Of a stretch of 64,000 nucleotides of DNA, positions 46,501 to 59,089 are shown one piece after another (position 1 is the stretch's first letter; every line of letters starts with the position of its first letter). Under the pieces are notes generated by a model. That model was not told where the DNA came from. It ran no database searches and saw only the letters and a program-made list of their open reading frames with translations. The position numbers and the translations under genes were made by a program. Origin of the DNA: Eledone cirrhosa. Lineage: Eukaryota. The stretch lies in contig OZ024742.1 of assembly GCA_964016885.1 (NCBI GenBank), positions 73,036,001-73,100,000 on the forward strand. The letters run 5' to 3'.

Positions 46501-49500
46501 GCAATACAGTGTATTATAGAAGATTATACCAAGAGAGTGTATTATAGAAGACTATAGCAAGACAGTATATTATAGAGGACTATAGTACTACAGTATATTA
46601 TAGAAGACTATAGAAAGACAGTGTATTATAGAAGACTATAGTACTAGAGCGTATTATAGAAGACTATAGCAATAAAGAGAATTATAGAAGACTATTGTAC
46701 TGTAGTATATTATAGAAGACTATAGCAAGACAGTGTATTTTAGAAGACTATAGTACTAGAATGTATTATAGAAGACTATAGCAAAACAGTGTATTATAGA
46801 AGACTATAGAAAGACAGTGTATTATAGAAGAATATATACTACAGTGTATTATAGAAGATTATACCAAGAGAGTGTATTATAGAAGACTATACCATACAGT
46901 GTATTATGGAAGACGATACCATACATTTTATTGTAGTAGTCTATAGTAAGACAGTGTATTATAGAAGACTATAGCAATGCAGTGTATTATAGAAGACTAT
47001 AGCAAGACAGTGTATTATAGAAGACTATAGCAAGACAGTGTATTATAGAAGATGATACCAAGACAGTGTATTATAGAAGACTATAGTACTACAGTCTAAT
47101 ATAGAATACTATAGCAAGACAGTGTATTATAGATGACTATGACAAGACAGTGTATTATAGAAGACTATAGTACTACAGTTTATTATAGAAGACTAGAGCA
47201 ATGTAGTGTATTATAGAAGACTATAGCAAGACAGTGTATTATAGAAGACTATAGAACTACAGTGTATTATAGAATACTATAGTACTACAGTGTATTATAG
47301 AAGACTATAGCAATGCAGTGTATTATAGAAGACTAGAGCAAGACAGTGTATTATAGAAGACTATAGCAATACAGTGTATTATAGAAGACTGTAGCAGGAC
47401 TGTATTATAGTAGACTATAATACTACAGTGTATTACAGAACACTATAGCAAGACAGTGTATTATAGAAGACTATAGTACTACGGTATATTGTAGAAGACT
47501 ATAGCAAGACAGTGTATTATAGAAGACTATAGCAAGACAGTGTATTATAGAAGACTATAGTACTACGGTATATTGTAGAAGACTATAGCAAGACAGTGTA
47601 TTATAGAAGACTATAGCAAGACAGTGTATTATAGAAGACTAGAGTACTACAGTGTATCAGAGAAGACATTAGCAAGACAGTATATTATAGTAGACTATAG
47701 CAATACGGTGTATTATAGAAGACTATAGCAAGACAGTGTATTATAAAAGACTATAGCAAGGCAGTAGATTATAGAGGACTATAGCAAGACAGTGTATTAT
47801 AGAAGACTATAGTACTACAGTATGTTATAGTAAACTATATCAATACAGTGTATTATAGAAGACTATAGCAATACAGTGTATTATAGAAGACTATAGCAAT
47901 ACAGTGTATTATAGAAGATTATACCAAGAGAGTGTATTATAGAAGACTATAGTACTACAGTCTAATATAGAATACTATAGCAAGACAGTGTATTATAGAT
48001 GACTATGACAAGACAGTGTATTATAGAAGACTATAGTACTACAGTTTATTATAGAAGACTAGAGCAATGTAGTGTATTATAGAAGACTATAGCAAGACAG
48101 TGTATTATAGAAGACTATAGAACTACAGTGTATTATAGAATACTATAGTACTACAGTGTATTATAGAAGACTATAGCAACGCAATTTATTATAGAAGACT
48201 AGAGCAAGACAGTGTATTATAGAAGACTATAGCAATACAGTGTATTATAGAAGACTGTAGCAGGACAGTGTATTATAGTAGACTATAATACTACAGTGTA
48301 TTACAGAAGACTATAGCAAGACAGTGTATTATAGAAGACTATAGCAATACAGTGTATTACAGAAGACTATAGCAAGACAGTGTATTATAGAAGACTATAG
48401 TACTACAGTGTATTATAGAAGACTATATACTACAGTGTATTATAGAAGACTATAGCAAGACAGTGTATTATAGAAGACTATACCATATATTTTATTGTAG
48501 TAGTCTATAGTAAGACAGTGTATTATAGAAGAATATAGAAATACAGTGTATTATAGAAGACTAGAGCAATGCAGTGTATTGTAGAAGACTATAGCAAGAC
48601 AGTGTATTAAAGAATACGATAGAACTACAGTGTATTATAGAAGATATAGCAATCGAATGTATTATAGAAGACTATAGAAAGACAGTGTATTATAGAAGAC
48701 TATAGCAATACAGTGTATTATAGAAGACTATAGCAATACAGTGTATTATAGAAGACTATAGCAATACAGTGTATTATAGAAGACTATAGCAAGACAGTGT
48801 ATTATAGAAGACTATACCATACATTTTATTGTAGTAGTCTATAGTAAGAAAGTGTATTATAGAAGACTATAGCAAGACAGTGTATTATAGAAGACTATAG
48901 CAATGCAGTGTATTATAGAAGACTATAGCAAGACAGTGTATTATAGAAAACTGTAGCATTACAGTGTATTATAGAAGACTATAGCAATACAGTGTATTAT
49001 AGAAGACTATAGCAATACAGTGTATTATAGAAGACTATAGCATTACAGTGTATTATAGAAAACTATAGCATTACAGTGTATTATAGAAGACTATAGCAAT
49101 ACAGTGTATTATAGAAGACTATAGCAAGACAGTGTATTATAGAAGACTATACCATACATTTTATTGTAGTACTCTATAGTAAGAAAGTGTATTATAGAAG
49201 ACTATAGCAAGACAGTGTATTATAGAAGACTATAGCAATGCAGTGTATTATAGAAGACTATAGCAAGACAGTGTATTATAGAAAACTATAGCATTACAGT
49301 GTATTATAGAAGACTATAGCAATACAGTGTATTATAGAAGACTATAGCAATGCAGTGTATTATAAAAGACTGTAGCATTACAGTGTATTATAGAAAACTA
49401 TAGCATTACAGTGTATTATAGAAGACTATAGCAATACAGTGTATTATAGAAGACTATAGCAATACAGTGTATTATAGAAGACTATAGCAATACAGTGTAT

Positions 49501-51047
49501 TATAGAAGACTATAGCAATACAGTGTATTATAGAAGACTATAGCAAGACAGTGTATTATAGAAGACTATACCATACATTTTATTGTAGTAGTCTATAGTA
49601 AGACAGTGGATTATAGAAGACTATAGCAAGACAGTGTTTTATAGAAGACTATAGCAATGCAGTGTATTATAGAAGACTATAGCAAGACAGTGTATTATAG
49701 AAGACTATAGTACTACGGTATATTGTAGAAGACTATAGCAAGACAGTGTATTATAGAAGACTATAGCAAGACAGTGTATTATAGAAGACTATAGTACTAC
49801 AGTGTATCAGAGAAGACATTAGCAAGACAGTATATTATAGTAGACTATAGCAATACGGTGTATTATAGAAGACTATAGCAAGACAGTGTATTATAAAAGA
49901 CTATAGCAAGGCAGTAGATTATAGAGGACTATAGCAAGACAGTGTATTATAGAAGACTATAGTACTACAGTATGTTATAGTAAACTATATCAATACAGTG
50001 TATTATAGAAGACTATAGCAATACAGTGTATTATAGAAGACTATAGCAATACAGTGTATTATAGAAGATTATACCAAGAGAGTGTATTATAGAAGACTAT
50101 AGTACTACAGTCTAATATAGAATACTATAGCAAGACAGTGTATTATAGATGACTATGACAAGACAGTGTATTATAGAAGCCTATAGTACTACAGTTTATT
50201 ATAGAAGACTAGAGCAATGTAGTGTATTATAGAAGACTATAGCAAGACAGTGTATTATAGAAGACTATAGAACTACAGTGTATTATAGAATACTATAGTA
50301 CTACAGTGTATTATAGAAGACTATAGCAACGCAATGTATTATAGAAGACTAGAGCAAGACAGTGTATTATAGAAGACTATAGCAATACAGTGTATTATAG
50401 AAGACTGTAGCAGGACAGTGTATTATAGTAGACTATAATACTACAGTGTATTACAGAAGACTATAGCAAGACAGTGTATTATAGAAGACTATAGCAATAC
50501 AGTGTATTACAGAAGACTATAGCAAGACAGTGTATTATAGAAGACTATAGTACTACAGTGTATTATAGAAGACTATATACTACAGTGTATTATAGAAGAC
50601 TATAGCAAGACAGTGTATTATAGAAGACTATACCATATATTTTATTGTAGTAGTCTATAGTAAGACAGTGTATTATAGAAGAATATAGAAATACAGTGTA
50701 TTATAGAAGACTAGAGCAATGCAGTGTATTGTAGAAGACTATAGCAAGACAGTGTATTAAAGAATACGATAGAACTACAGTGTATTATAGAAGATATAGC
50801 AATCGAATGTATTATAGAAGACTATAGAAAGACAGTGTATTATAGAAGACTATAGCAATACAGTGTATTATAGAAGACTATAGCAGGACAGTGTTTTATA
50901 GTTGACTATAATACTACAGTGTATTACAGAAGACTATTGTATGACAGTGCATTATAGAAGACTATAGCAAGACAGTGTATTATAGAGGACTATAGCAAGA
51001 CAGTGTATTATAGAAGACTATAGTACTACAGTGTATTACAGAAGACT

Positions 51048-51224
51048 TTGGCAGTATCGGTAGAGGGTCGGACGCCATGCTTTGACGCATAGAGTTACGG
51101 CCCTTGCCATTCTGAGTTCAAATCCTGCCAAGGTTAACTTTGCCTTTCATCCTTACGGGGTCGATAAAATAAAGTACCAGTAACACACTGGGTAATTGCT
51201 GGCCTTGTGCCAAATGTAGAAACA
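51048..51224 (+). mobile_element. tRNA-derived SINE, copy 2
   Basis: I see no difference from 43352-43528, and the flanking monomer variants are the same. Confidence 0.88.
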
Positions 51225-54200
51225 ATTATAGAAGACTATAGTACTACGGTGTATTATAGAAGACTATAGCAAGACAGTGTATTATAGAAGACTATAGTAC
51301 TACAGTATATTGTAGAAGAGTATAGCAAGACAGTGTATTATAGAAGACTATAGTACTACAGTGTATTATAGAAGACTATAGCAAGACAGTATATTATAGA
51401 AGACATTAGCAAGACAGTATATTATAGTAGACTATAGCAATATAGTGTATTATAGAAGACTATAGAAAGACAGTGTATTATAGAAGACTATAGCAATACA
51501 GTGTATTATAGAAGACTATAGCAATACAGTGTATTATAGAAGACTATAGCAATACAGTATATTATAGAAGACTATAGAAAGACAGTGTATTATAGAAGAC
51601 TATAGAAAGACAGTGTATTATAGAAGACTGTAGCAATACAGTGTATTATAGAAGACTATAGCAAGACAGTATTATAATAGACTATAGTACTACAGTGTAT
51701 TACAGAAGACTATAGGAAGACAGTGTATTGTAGAAGACTATAGCAAGACAGTGTATTATAGAAGAGTATAGCAAGACAGTGTATTATAGAATACTATAGT
51801 ACTACAGTGTATTATAGAAGACTATAGCAACACAGTATATTATAGAAGACATTAGCAAGACAGTATATTATAGTAGACTATAGCAATATAGTGTATTATA
51901 GAAGACTATAGAAAGACAGTGTATTATAGAAGACTATAGCAATACAGTGTATTATAGAAAACTATAGCAATACAGTGTATTATAGAAGACTATAGCAATA
52001 CAGTATATTATAGAAGACTATAGAAAGACAGTGTATTATAGAAGACTATAGAAAGACAGTGTACTATAGTAGACTGTAGCAATACAGTGTATTATAGAAG
52101 ACTATAGCAATACAGTGTATTATAGAAGACTATAGCAATACAGTGTATTATAGAAGACTATAGAAAGACAGTGTATTATAGAAGACTATAGCAATACAGT
52201 GTATTAAAGAAGTCTATACCAATACAGTGTATTATAGAAGACTATAGCAATACAGTGTATTATAGAAGACTATACCAATACAGTGTATTATAGAAGACTA
52301 TAGGAATACAGTGTATTATAGAAGACTATAGAAAGACAGTGTATTAATAGAAGACTATAGCAATACAGTGTATTATAGAAGACTATAGAAATACAGTGTA
52401 TTATAGAAGACTATAGCAATGCAGTGTATTATAGAAGACTATACCATACATTTTATTGTAGTAGTCTATAGTAAGACAGTGTATTATAGAAGACTATAGC
52501 AAGACAGTGTATTATAGAAGGCTATAGTACTACGTTATATTTTAGAAGACTATAGCAAGACAGTGTATTATAGAAGACTATAGCAAGACAGTGTATTATA
52601 GAAGACTATAGTACTACAGTGTATCAGAGAAGACATTAGCAAGACAGTATATTATAGTAGACTATAGCAAGACAGTGTATTATAGAAAACTATAGCAATA
52701 CAGTGTATTATAGAAGACTATAGCAAGACAGTGTATTATAGAAAACTATAGCAATACAGTGTATTATAGAAGACTATAGAAAGACAGTATATTATAGAGG
52801 ACTATAACAAGACAGTGTATTATAGAAGACTATAGTAATACAGTATATTATAGAAGACTATAGCAAGACAGTGTATTTTAGAAGACTATAGTACTAGAGC
52901 GTATTATAGAAGACTATAGCAATACCGAGAATTATAGAAGACTACAGTATATTATAGAAGACTATAGCAAGACAGTGTATTATAGAAGACTATAGCAATA
53001 CATTGTATTATAGAAGACTATAGCAATGCAGTGTATTATAGAAGACTATAGCAGGACAGTGTATTATAGAAGACTATGGCAAGACAGTGTATTATAGATG
53101 ACTATAGCAATACAGTGTATTATAGAACACTATAGTACTACAGTGTATTATAGAAGACTATAGCAAGACATTGTATTATAGAAGACTATAGTACTACAGT
53201 ATATTATAGAAGACTATAGTAATACAGTGTATTAGAGAAGACTATAGCAAGACAGTGTATTATAGAAAACTATAGCAATACAGTGTATTATAGAAGACTA
53301 TAGCAATACAGTGTATTATAGAAGACTATAGCAATACAGTGTATTATAGAAGACTATAGCAATACAGTGTATTATAGAAGACTATAGCAATACAGTGTAT
53401 TATAGAAGACTATAGCAATACAGTGTATTATAGAAGACTATAGCAATACAGTGTATTATAGAAGACTATAGCAAGACAGTGTATTATAGAAGACTATACC
53501 ATACATTTTATTGTAGTAGTCTATAGTAAGAAAGTGTATTATAGAAGACTATAGCAAGACAGTATATTATAGAAGACTATAGCAATGCAGTGTATTATAG
53601 AAGACTATAGCAAGACAGTGTATTATAGAAAACTATAGCAATACAGTGTATTATAGAAGACTATAGCAATACAGTGTATTATAGAAGACTATAGCAATAC
53701 AGTGTATTATAGAAGACTATAGCAAGACAGTGTATTATAGAAGACTATACCATACATTTTATTGTAGTAGTCTATAGTAAGACAGTGTATTATAGAAGAC
53801 TATAGCAAGACTGTTTTATAGAAGACTATAGCAATGCAGTGTATTATAGAAGACTATAGCAAGACAGTGTATTATAGATGACTATAGTACTACGGTATAT
53901 TGTAGAAGACTATAGCAAGACAGTGTATTATAGAAGACTATAGCAAGACAGTGTATTATAGAAGACTATAGTACTACAGTGCATCAGAGAAGACATTAGC
54001 AAGACAGTATATTATAGTAGACTATAGCAATACAGTGTATTATAGAAGACTATAGCAAGACAGTGTATTATAAAAGACTATAGCAAGACAGTATATTATA
54101 GAGGGCTATAGCAAGACAGTGTATTATAGAAGACTATAGTACTACAGTATATTATAGTAAACTATATCAATACAGTGTATTATAGAAGACTATAGCAATA

Positions 54201-55669
54201 CAGTGTATTATAGAAGACTATAGAAATACAGTGTATTATAGAAGATTATACCAAGAGAGTGTATTATAGAAGACTATAGCAAGACAGTATATTATAGAGG
54301 ACTATAGTACTACAGTATATTATAGAAGACTATAGAAAGACAGTGTATTATAGAAGACTATAGTACTAGAGCGTATTATAGAAGACTATAGCAATAAAGA
54401 GAATTATAGAAGACTATTGTACTGTAGTATATTATAGAAGACTATAGCAAGACAGTGTATTTTAGAAGACTATAGTACTAGAATGTATTATAGAAGACTA
54501 TAGCAAAACAGTGTATTATAGAAGACTATAGAAAGACAGTGTATTATAGAAGAATATATACTACAGTGTATTATAGAAGATTATACCAAGAGAGTGTATT
54601 ATAGAAGACTATACCATACAGTGTATTATGGAAGACGATACCATACATTTTATTGTAGTAGTCTATAGTAAGACAGTGTATTATAGAAGACTATAGCAAT
54701 GCAGTGTATTATAGAAGACTATAGCAAGACAGTGTATTATAGAAGACTATAGCAAGACAGTGTATTATAGAAGATGATACCAAGACAGTGTATTATAGAT
54801 GACTATGACAAGACAGTGTATTATAGAAGACTATAGTACTACAGTTTATTATAGAAGACTAGAGCAATGTAGTGTATTATAGAAGACTATAGCAAGACAG
54901 TGTATTATAGAAGACTATAGAACTACAGTGTATTATAGAATACTATAGTACTACAGTGTATTATAGAAGACTATAGCAATGCAGTGTATTATAGAAGACT
55001 AGAGCAAGACAGTGTATTATAGAAGACTATAGCAATACAGTGTATTATAGAAGACTGTAGCAGGACAGTGTATTATAGTAGACTATAATACTACAGTGTA
55101 TTACAGAACACTATAGCAAGACAGTGTATTATAGAAGACTATAGCAATACAGTGTATTACAGAAGACTATAGCAAGACAGTGTATTATAGAAGACTATAG
55201 TACTACAGTGTATTATAGAAGACTATATACTACAGTGTATTATAGAAGACTATAGTACTACAGTGTATTATAGAAGACTATAGCAAGACAGTGTATTATA
55301 GAAGACTATACCATATATTTTATTGTAGTAGTCTATAGTAAGACAGTGTATTATAGAAGAATATAGAAATACAGTGTATTATAGAAGACTAGAGCAATGC
55401 AGTGTATTGTAGAAGACTATAGCAAGACAGTGTATTAAAGAATACGATAGAACTACAGTGTATTATAGAAGATATAGCAATCGAATGTATTATAGAAGAC
55501 TATAGAAAGACAGTGTATTATAGAAGACTATAGCAGGACAGTGTTTTATAGTAGACTATAATACTACAGTGTATTACAGAAGACTATTGTATGACAGTGC
55601 ATTATAGAAGACTATAGCAAGACAGTGTATTATAGAAAACTATAGTACTACAGTGTATTACAGAAGACT

Positions 55670-55846
55670 TTGGCAGTATCGGTAGAGGGTCGGACGCCAT
55701 GCTTTGACGCATAGAGTTACGGCCCTTGCCATTCTGAGTTCAAATCCTGCCAAGGTTAACTTTGCCTTTCATCCTTACGGGGTCGATAAAATAAAGTACC
55801 AGTAACACACTGGGTAATTGCTGGCCTTGTGCCAAAAGTAGAAACA
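55670..55846 (+). mobile_element. tRNA-derived SINE, copy 3
   Basis: Same as copies 1 and 2 except one visible T>A at 55837 (GCCAAAAGTAG vs GCCAAATGTAG). Junctions are the same. Confidence 0.88.
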
Positions 55847-58800
55847 ATTATAGAAGACTATAGTACTACGGTGTATTATAGAAGACTATGGCAAGACAGT
55901 GTATTATAGAAGACTATAGTACTACAGTATATTGTAGAAGAGTATAGCAAGACAGTGTATTATAGAAGACTATAGTACTACAGTGTATTATAGAAGACTA
56001 TAGCAAGACAGTATATTATAGAAGACATTAGCAAGACAGTATATTATAGTAGACTATAGCAATATAGTGTATTATAGAAGACTATAGAAAGACAGTGTAT
56101 TATAGAAGACTATAGCAATACAGTGTATTATAGAAGACTATAGCAATACAGTGTATTATAGAAGACTATAGCAATACAGTATATTATAGAAGACTATAGA
56201 AAGACAGTGTATTATAGAAGACTATAGAAAGACAGTGTATTATAGAAGACTGTAGCAATACAGTGTATTATAGAAGACTATAGCAAGTTAGTATTATAAT
56301 AGACTATAGTACTACAGTATATTATAGAAGACATTAGCAAGACAGTATATTATAGTAGACTATAGCAATATAGTGTATTATAGAAGACTATAGAAAGACA
56401 GTGTATTATAGAAGACTATAGCAATACAGTGTATTATAGAAAACTATAGCAATACAGTGTATTATAGAAGACTATAGCAATACAGTATATTATAGAAGAC
56501 TATAGAAAGACAGTGTATTATAGAAGACTATAGAAAGACAGTGTATTATAGTAAACTATAGCAATACAGTGTATTATAGAAGACTATAGCAATACAGTGT
56601 ATTATAGAAGACTATAGAAAGACAGTGTATTATAGAAGACTATAGCAATACAGTGTATTATAGAAGACTATAGCAATACAGTGTATTATAGAAGACTATA
56701 GCAATACAGTGTATTATAATAGACTATAGTACTACAGTGTACTACAGAAGACTATAGGAAGACAGTGTATTGTAGAAGACTATAGCCAGACAGTGTATTA
56801 TAGAAGACTATAGCAATACAGTGTATTATAGAAGACCATAGCAATACAGTGTATTATAGAAGACTATAGCAATACAGTGTTTTATAGAAGACTATAGAAA
56901 AACAGTGTATTATAGAAGACTATAGCAATACAGTGTATTATAGATGACTATAAGCAAGACAGTGTATTATAGAAGACTATAGCAATACAGTGTATTATAG
57001 AAGACTATAGCAAGACAGTGTATTATAGAAGACTATAGCAATACAGTGTATTATAGAAGCCTATAGCAATGCAGTGTATTATAGAAGACTATAGCAAGAC
57101 AGTGTATTATAGAAGACTATAGAAAGACAGTGTATTATAGAAGACTATAGCAATACAGTGTATTATAGAAAACTATAGCAATAAAGTGTATTATAGAAGA
57201 CTATAGAAAGACAGTCTATTATAGAAGACTATAGCAATACAGTGTATTATAGAAGACTATAGCAATACAGTGTATTATAGAAGACTATAGCAATACAGTG
57301 TATTATAGAAGACTATAGCAAGACAGTGTATTATAGAAGACTATAGCAATACAGTGTATTATAGAAGCCTATAGCAATACAGTGTATTATAGAAGACTAT
57401 AGCAAGACAGTGTATTATAGAAGACTATAGAAAGACAGTGTATTATAGAAGACTATAGCAATACAGTGTATTATAGAAGACTATAGCAATAAAGTGTATT
57501 ATAGAAGACTATAGAAAGACAGTCTATTATAGAAGACTATAGCAATACAGTGTATTATAGAAGACTATAGCAATACAGTGTATTATAGAAGACTATAGCA
57601 ATACAGTGTATTATAGAAGACTATAGAAAGACAGTGTATTATAGAAGACTATAGCAATACAGTGTATTATAGAAGACTATAGCAATACAGTGTATTATAG
57701 AAGACTATAGCAATAAAGTGTATTATAGAAGACTATAGAAAGACAGTCTATTATAGAAGACTATAGCAATACAGTGTATTATAGAAGACTATAGCAATAC
57801 AGTGTATTATAGAAGACTATAGCAATACAGTGTATTATAGAAGACTATAGCAAGACAGTGTATTATAGAAGACTATAGCAATACAGTGTATTATAGAAGC
57901 CTATAGCAATACAGTGTATTATAGAAGACTATAGAAAGACAGTGTATTATAGAAGACTATAGCAATACAGTGTATTATAGAAGACTATAGCAATAAAGTG
58001 TATTATAGAAGACTATAGAAAGACAGTCTATTATAGAAGACAATAGCAATACAGTGTATTATAGAAGACTATAGCAATACAGTGTATTATAGAAGACTAT
58101 AGCAATACAGTGTATTATAGAAGACTATAGAAAGACAGTGTATTATAGAAGACTATAGCAATACAGTGTATTATAGAAGACTATAGCAATACAGTATATT
58201 ATAGAAGACTATAGCAATACAGTGTATTATAGAAGACTATAGCAATACAGTGTATTATAGAAAACTATAGCAATACAGTGTATTATATAAGACTATAGAA
58301 AGACAGTCTATTATAGAAGACTATAGCAATACAGTGTATTATAGAAGACTATAGCAATACAGTGTATAATAGAAGATTATAGAAAGACAGTCTATTATAG
58401 AAGACTATAGCAATACAGTGTATTATAGAAGACTATAGCAATACAGTGTATTATAGAAGACTATAGAAAGACAGTGTATTATAGAAGACTATAGAAATAC
58501 AGTGTATTATAGAAGACTATAGCAAGACAGTATATTATAGAAGACATTAGTAAGACAGTATATTATAGTAGACTATAGCAATATAGTGTATTATACAAGA
58601 CTATAGAAAGACAGTGTATTATAGAAGACTATAGCAATACAGTGTATTATAGAAGACTATAGAAAGACAGTGTATTATAGAAGACTATAGCAATACAGTC
58701 TATTATAGAAGACTATAGCAATACAGTGTATTATAGAAGACTATAGCAATACAGTGTATTATAGAAGACTATAGCAATACAGTGTATTATAGAAGACTAT

Positions 58801-59089
58801 AGAAAGACAGTGTATTATAGAAGACTATAGCAATACAGTGTATTATAGAAGACTATAGCAATACAGTGTATTATAGAAGACTATAGCAATACAGTGTATT
58901 ATAGAAGACTATAGAAAGACAGTGTATTATAGAAGACTATAGCAATACAGTGTATTATAGTAGACTATAGAAAGACAGTGTATTATAGAAGACTATAGCA
59001 ATACAGTGTATTATAGAAGACTATAGCAATACAGTGTATTATAGAAGACTATAGAAAGACAGTGTATTATAGAAGACTATAGCAATACA

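Larger units (their letters stand above)
40050..55200. repeat. About 7.6-7.7-kb tandem block duplication containing the SINE (boundaries approximate)
   Basis: Offsets: GATATAGCAATCG 41059/48643 (+7584); GTGGATT (GG) 41940/49608 (+7668); SINE 43352/51048 (+7696); ACTACAGTGCATC 46251/53973 (+7722). The offset steps are mostly multiples of 28. Confidence 0.82.
1..59089. repeat. 28-bp monomer tandem satellite array (about 2,100 monomers), continuing beyond the left edge
   Basis: The period is 28 (e.g. TTATAGAAGA at 841 and 869). Consensus ACAGTGTATTATAGAAGACTATAGCAAT; common variants end ...GCAAG, ...GTACT or ...GAAAG. GC is about 29-32% and the consensus has no CpG. All monomers are head-to-tail in one orientation. 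The palindromic CTATAG plus a period not divisible by 3 puts TAG stops in all six frames, consistent with the empty ORF track. Confidence 0.99.

Noticed and set aside
1-59089. CRISPR array (28-bp partly palindromic repeat)
   Set aside because: Monomers are directly adjacent with no unique spacers, there are no cas genes or leader, and the context is eukaryotic retroelements.
1-59089. Repeat-encoded protein or telomeric repeat
   Set aside because: There are TAG stops in all six frames and no G-rich telomere-type motif.
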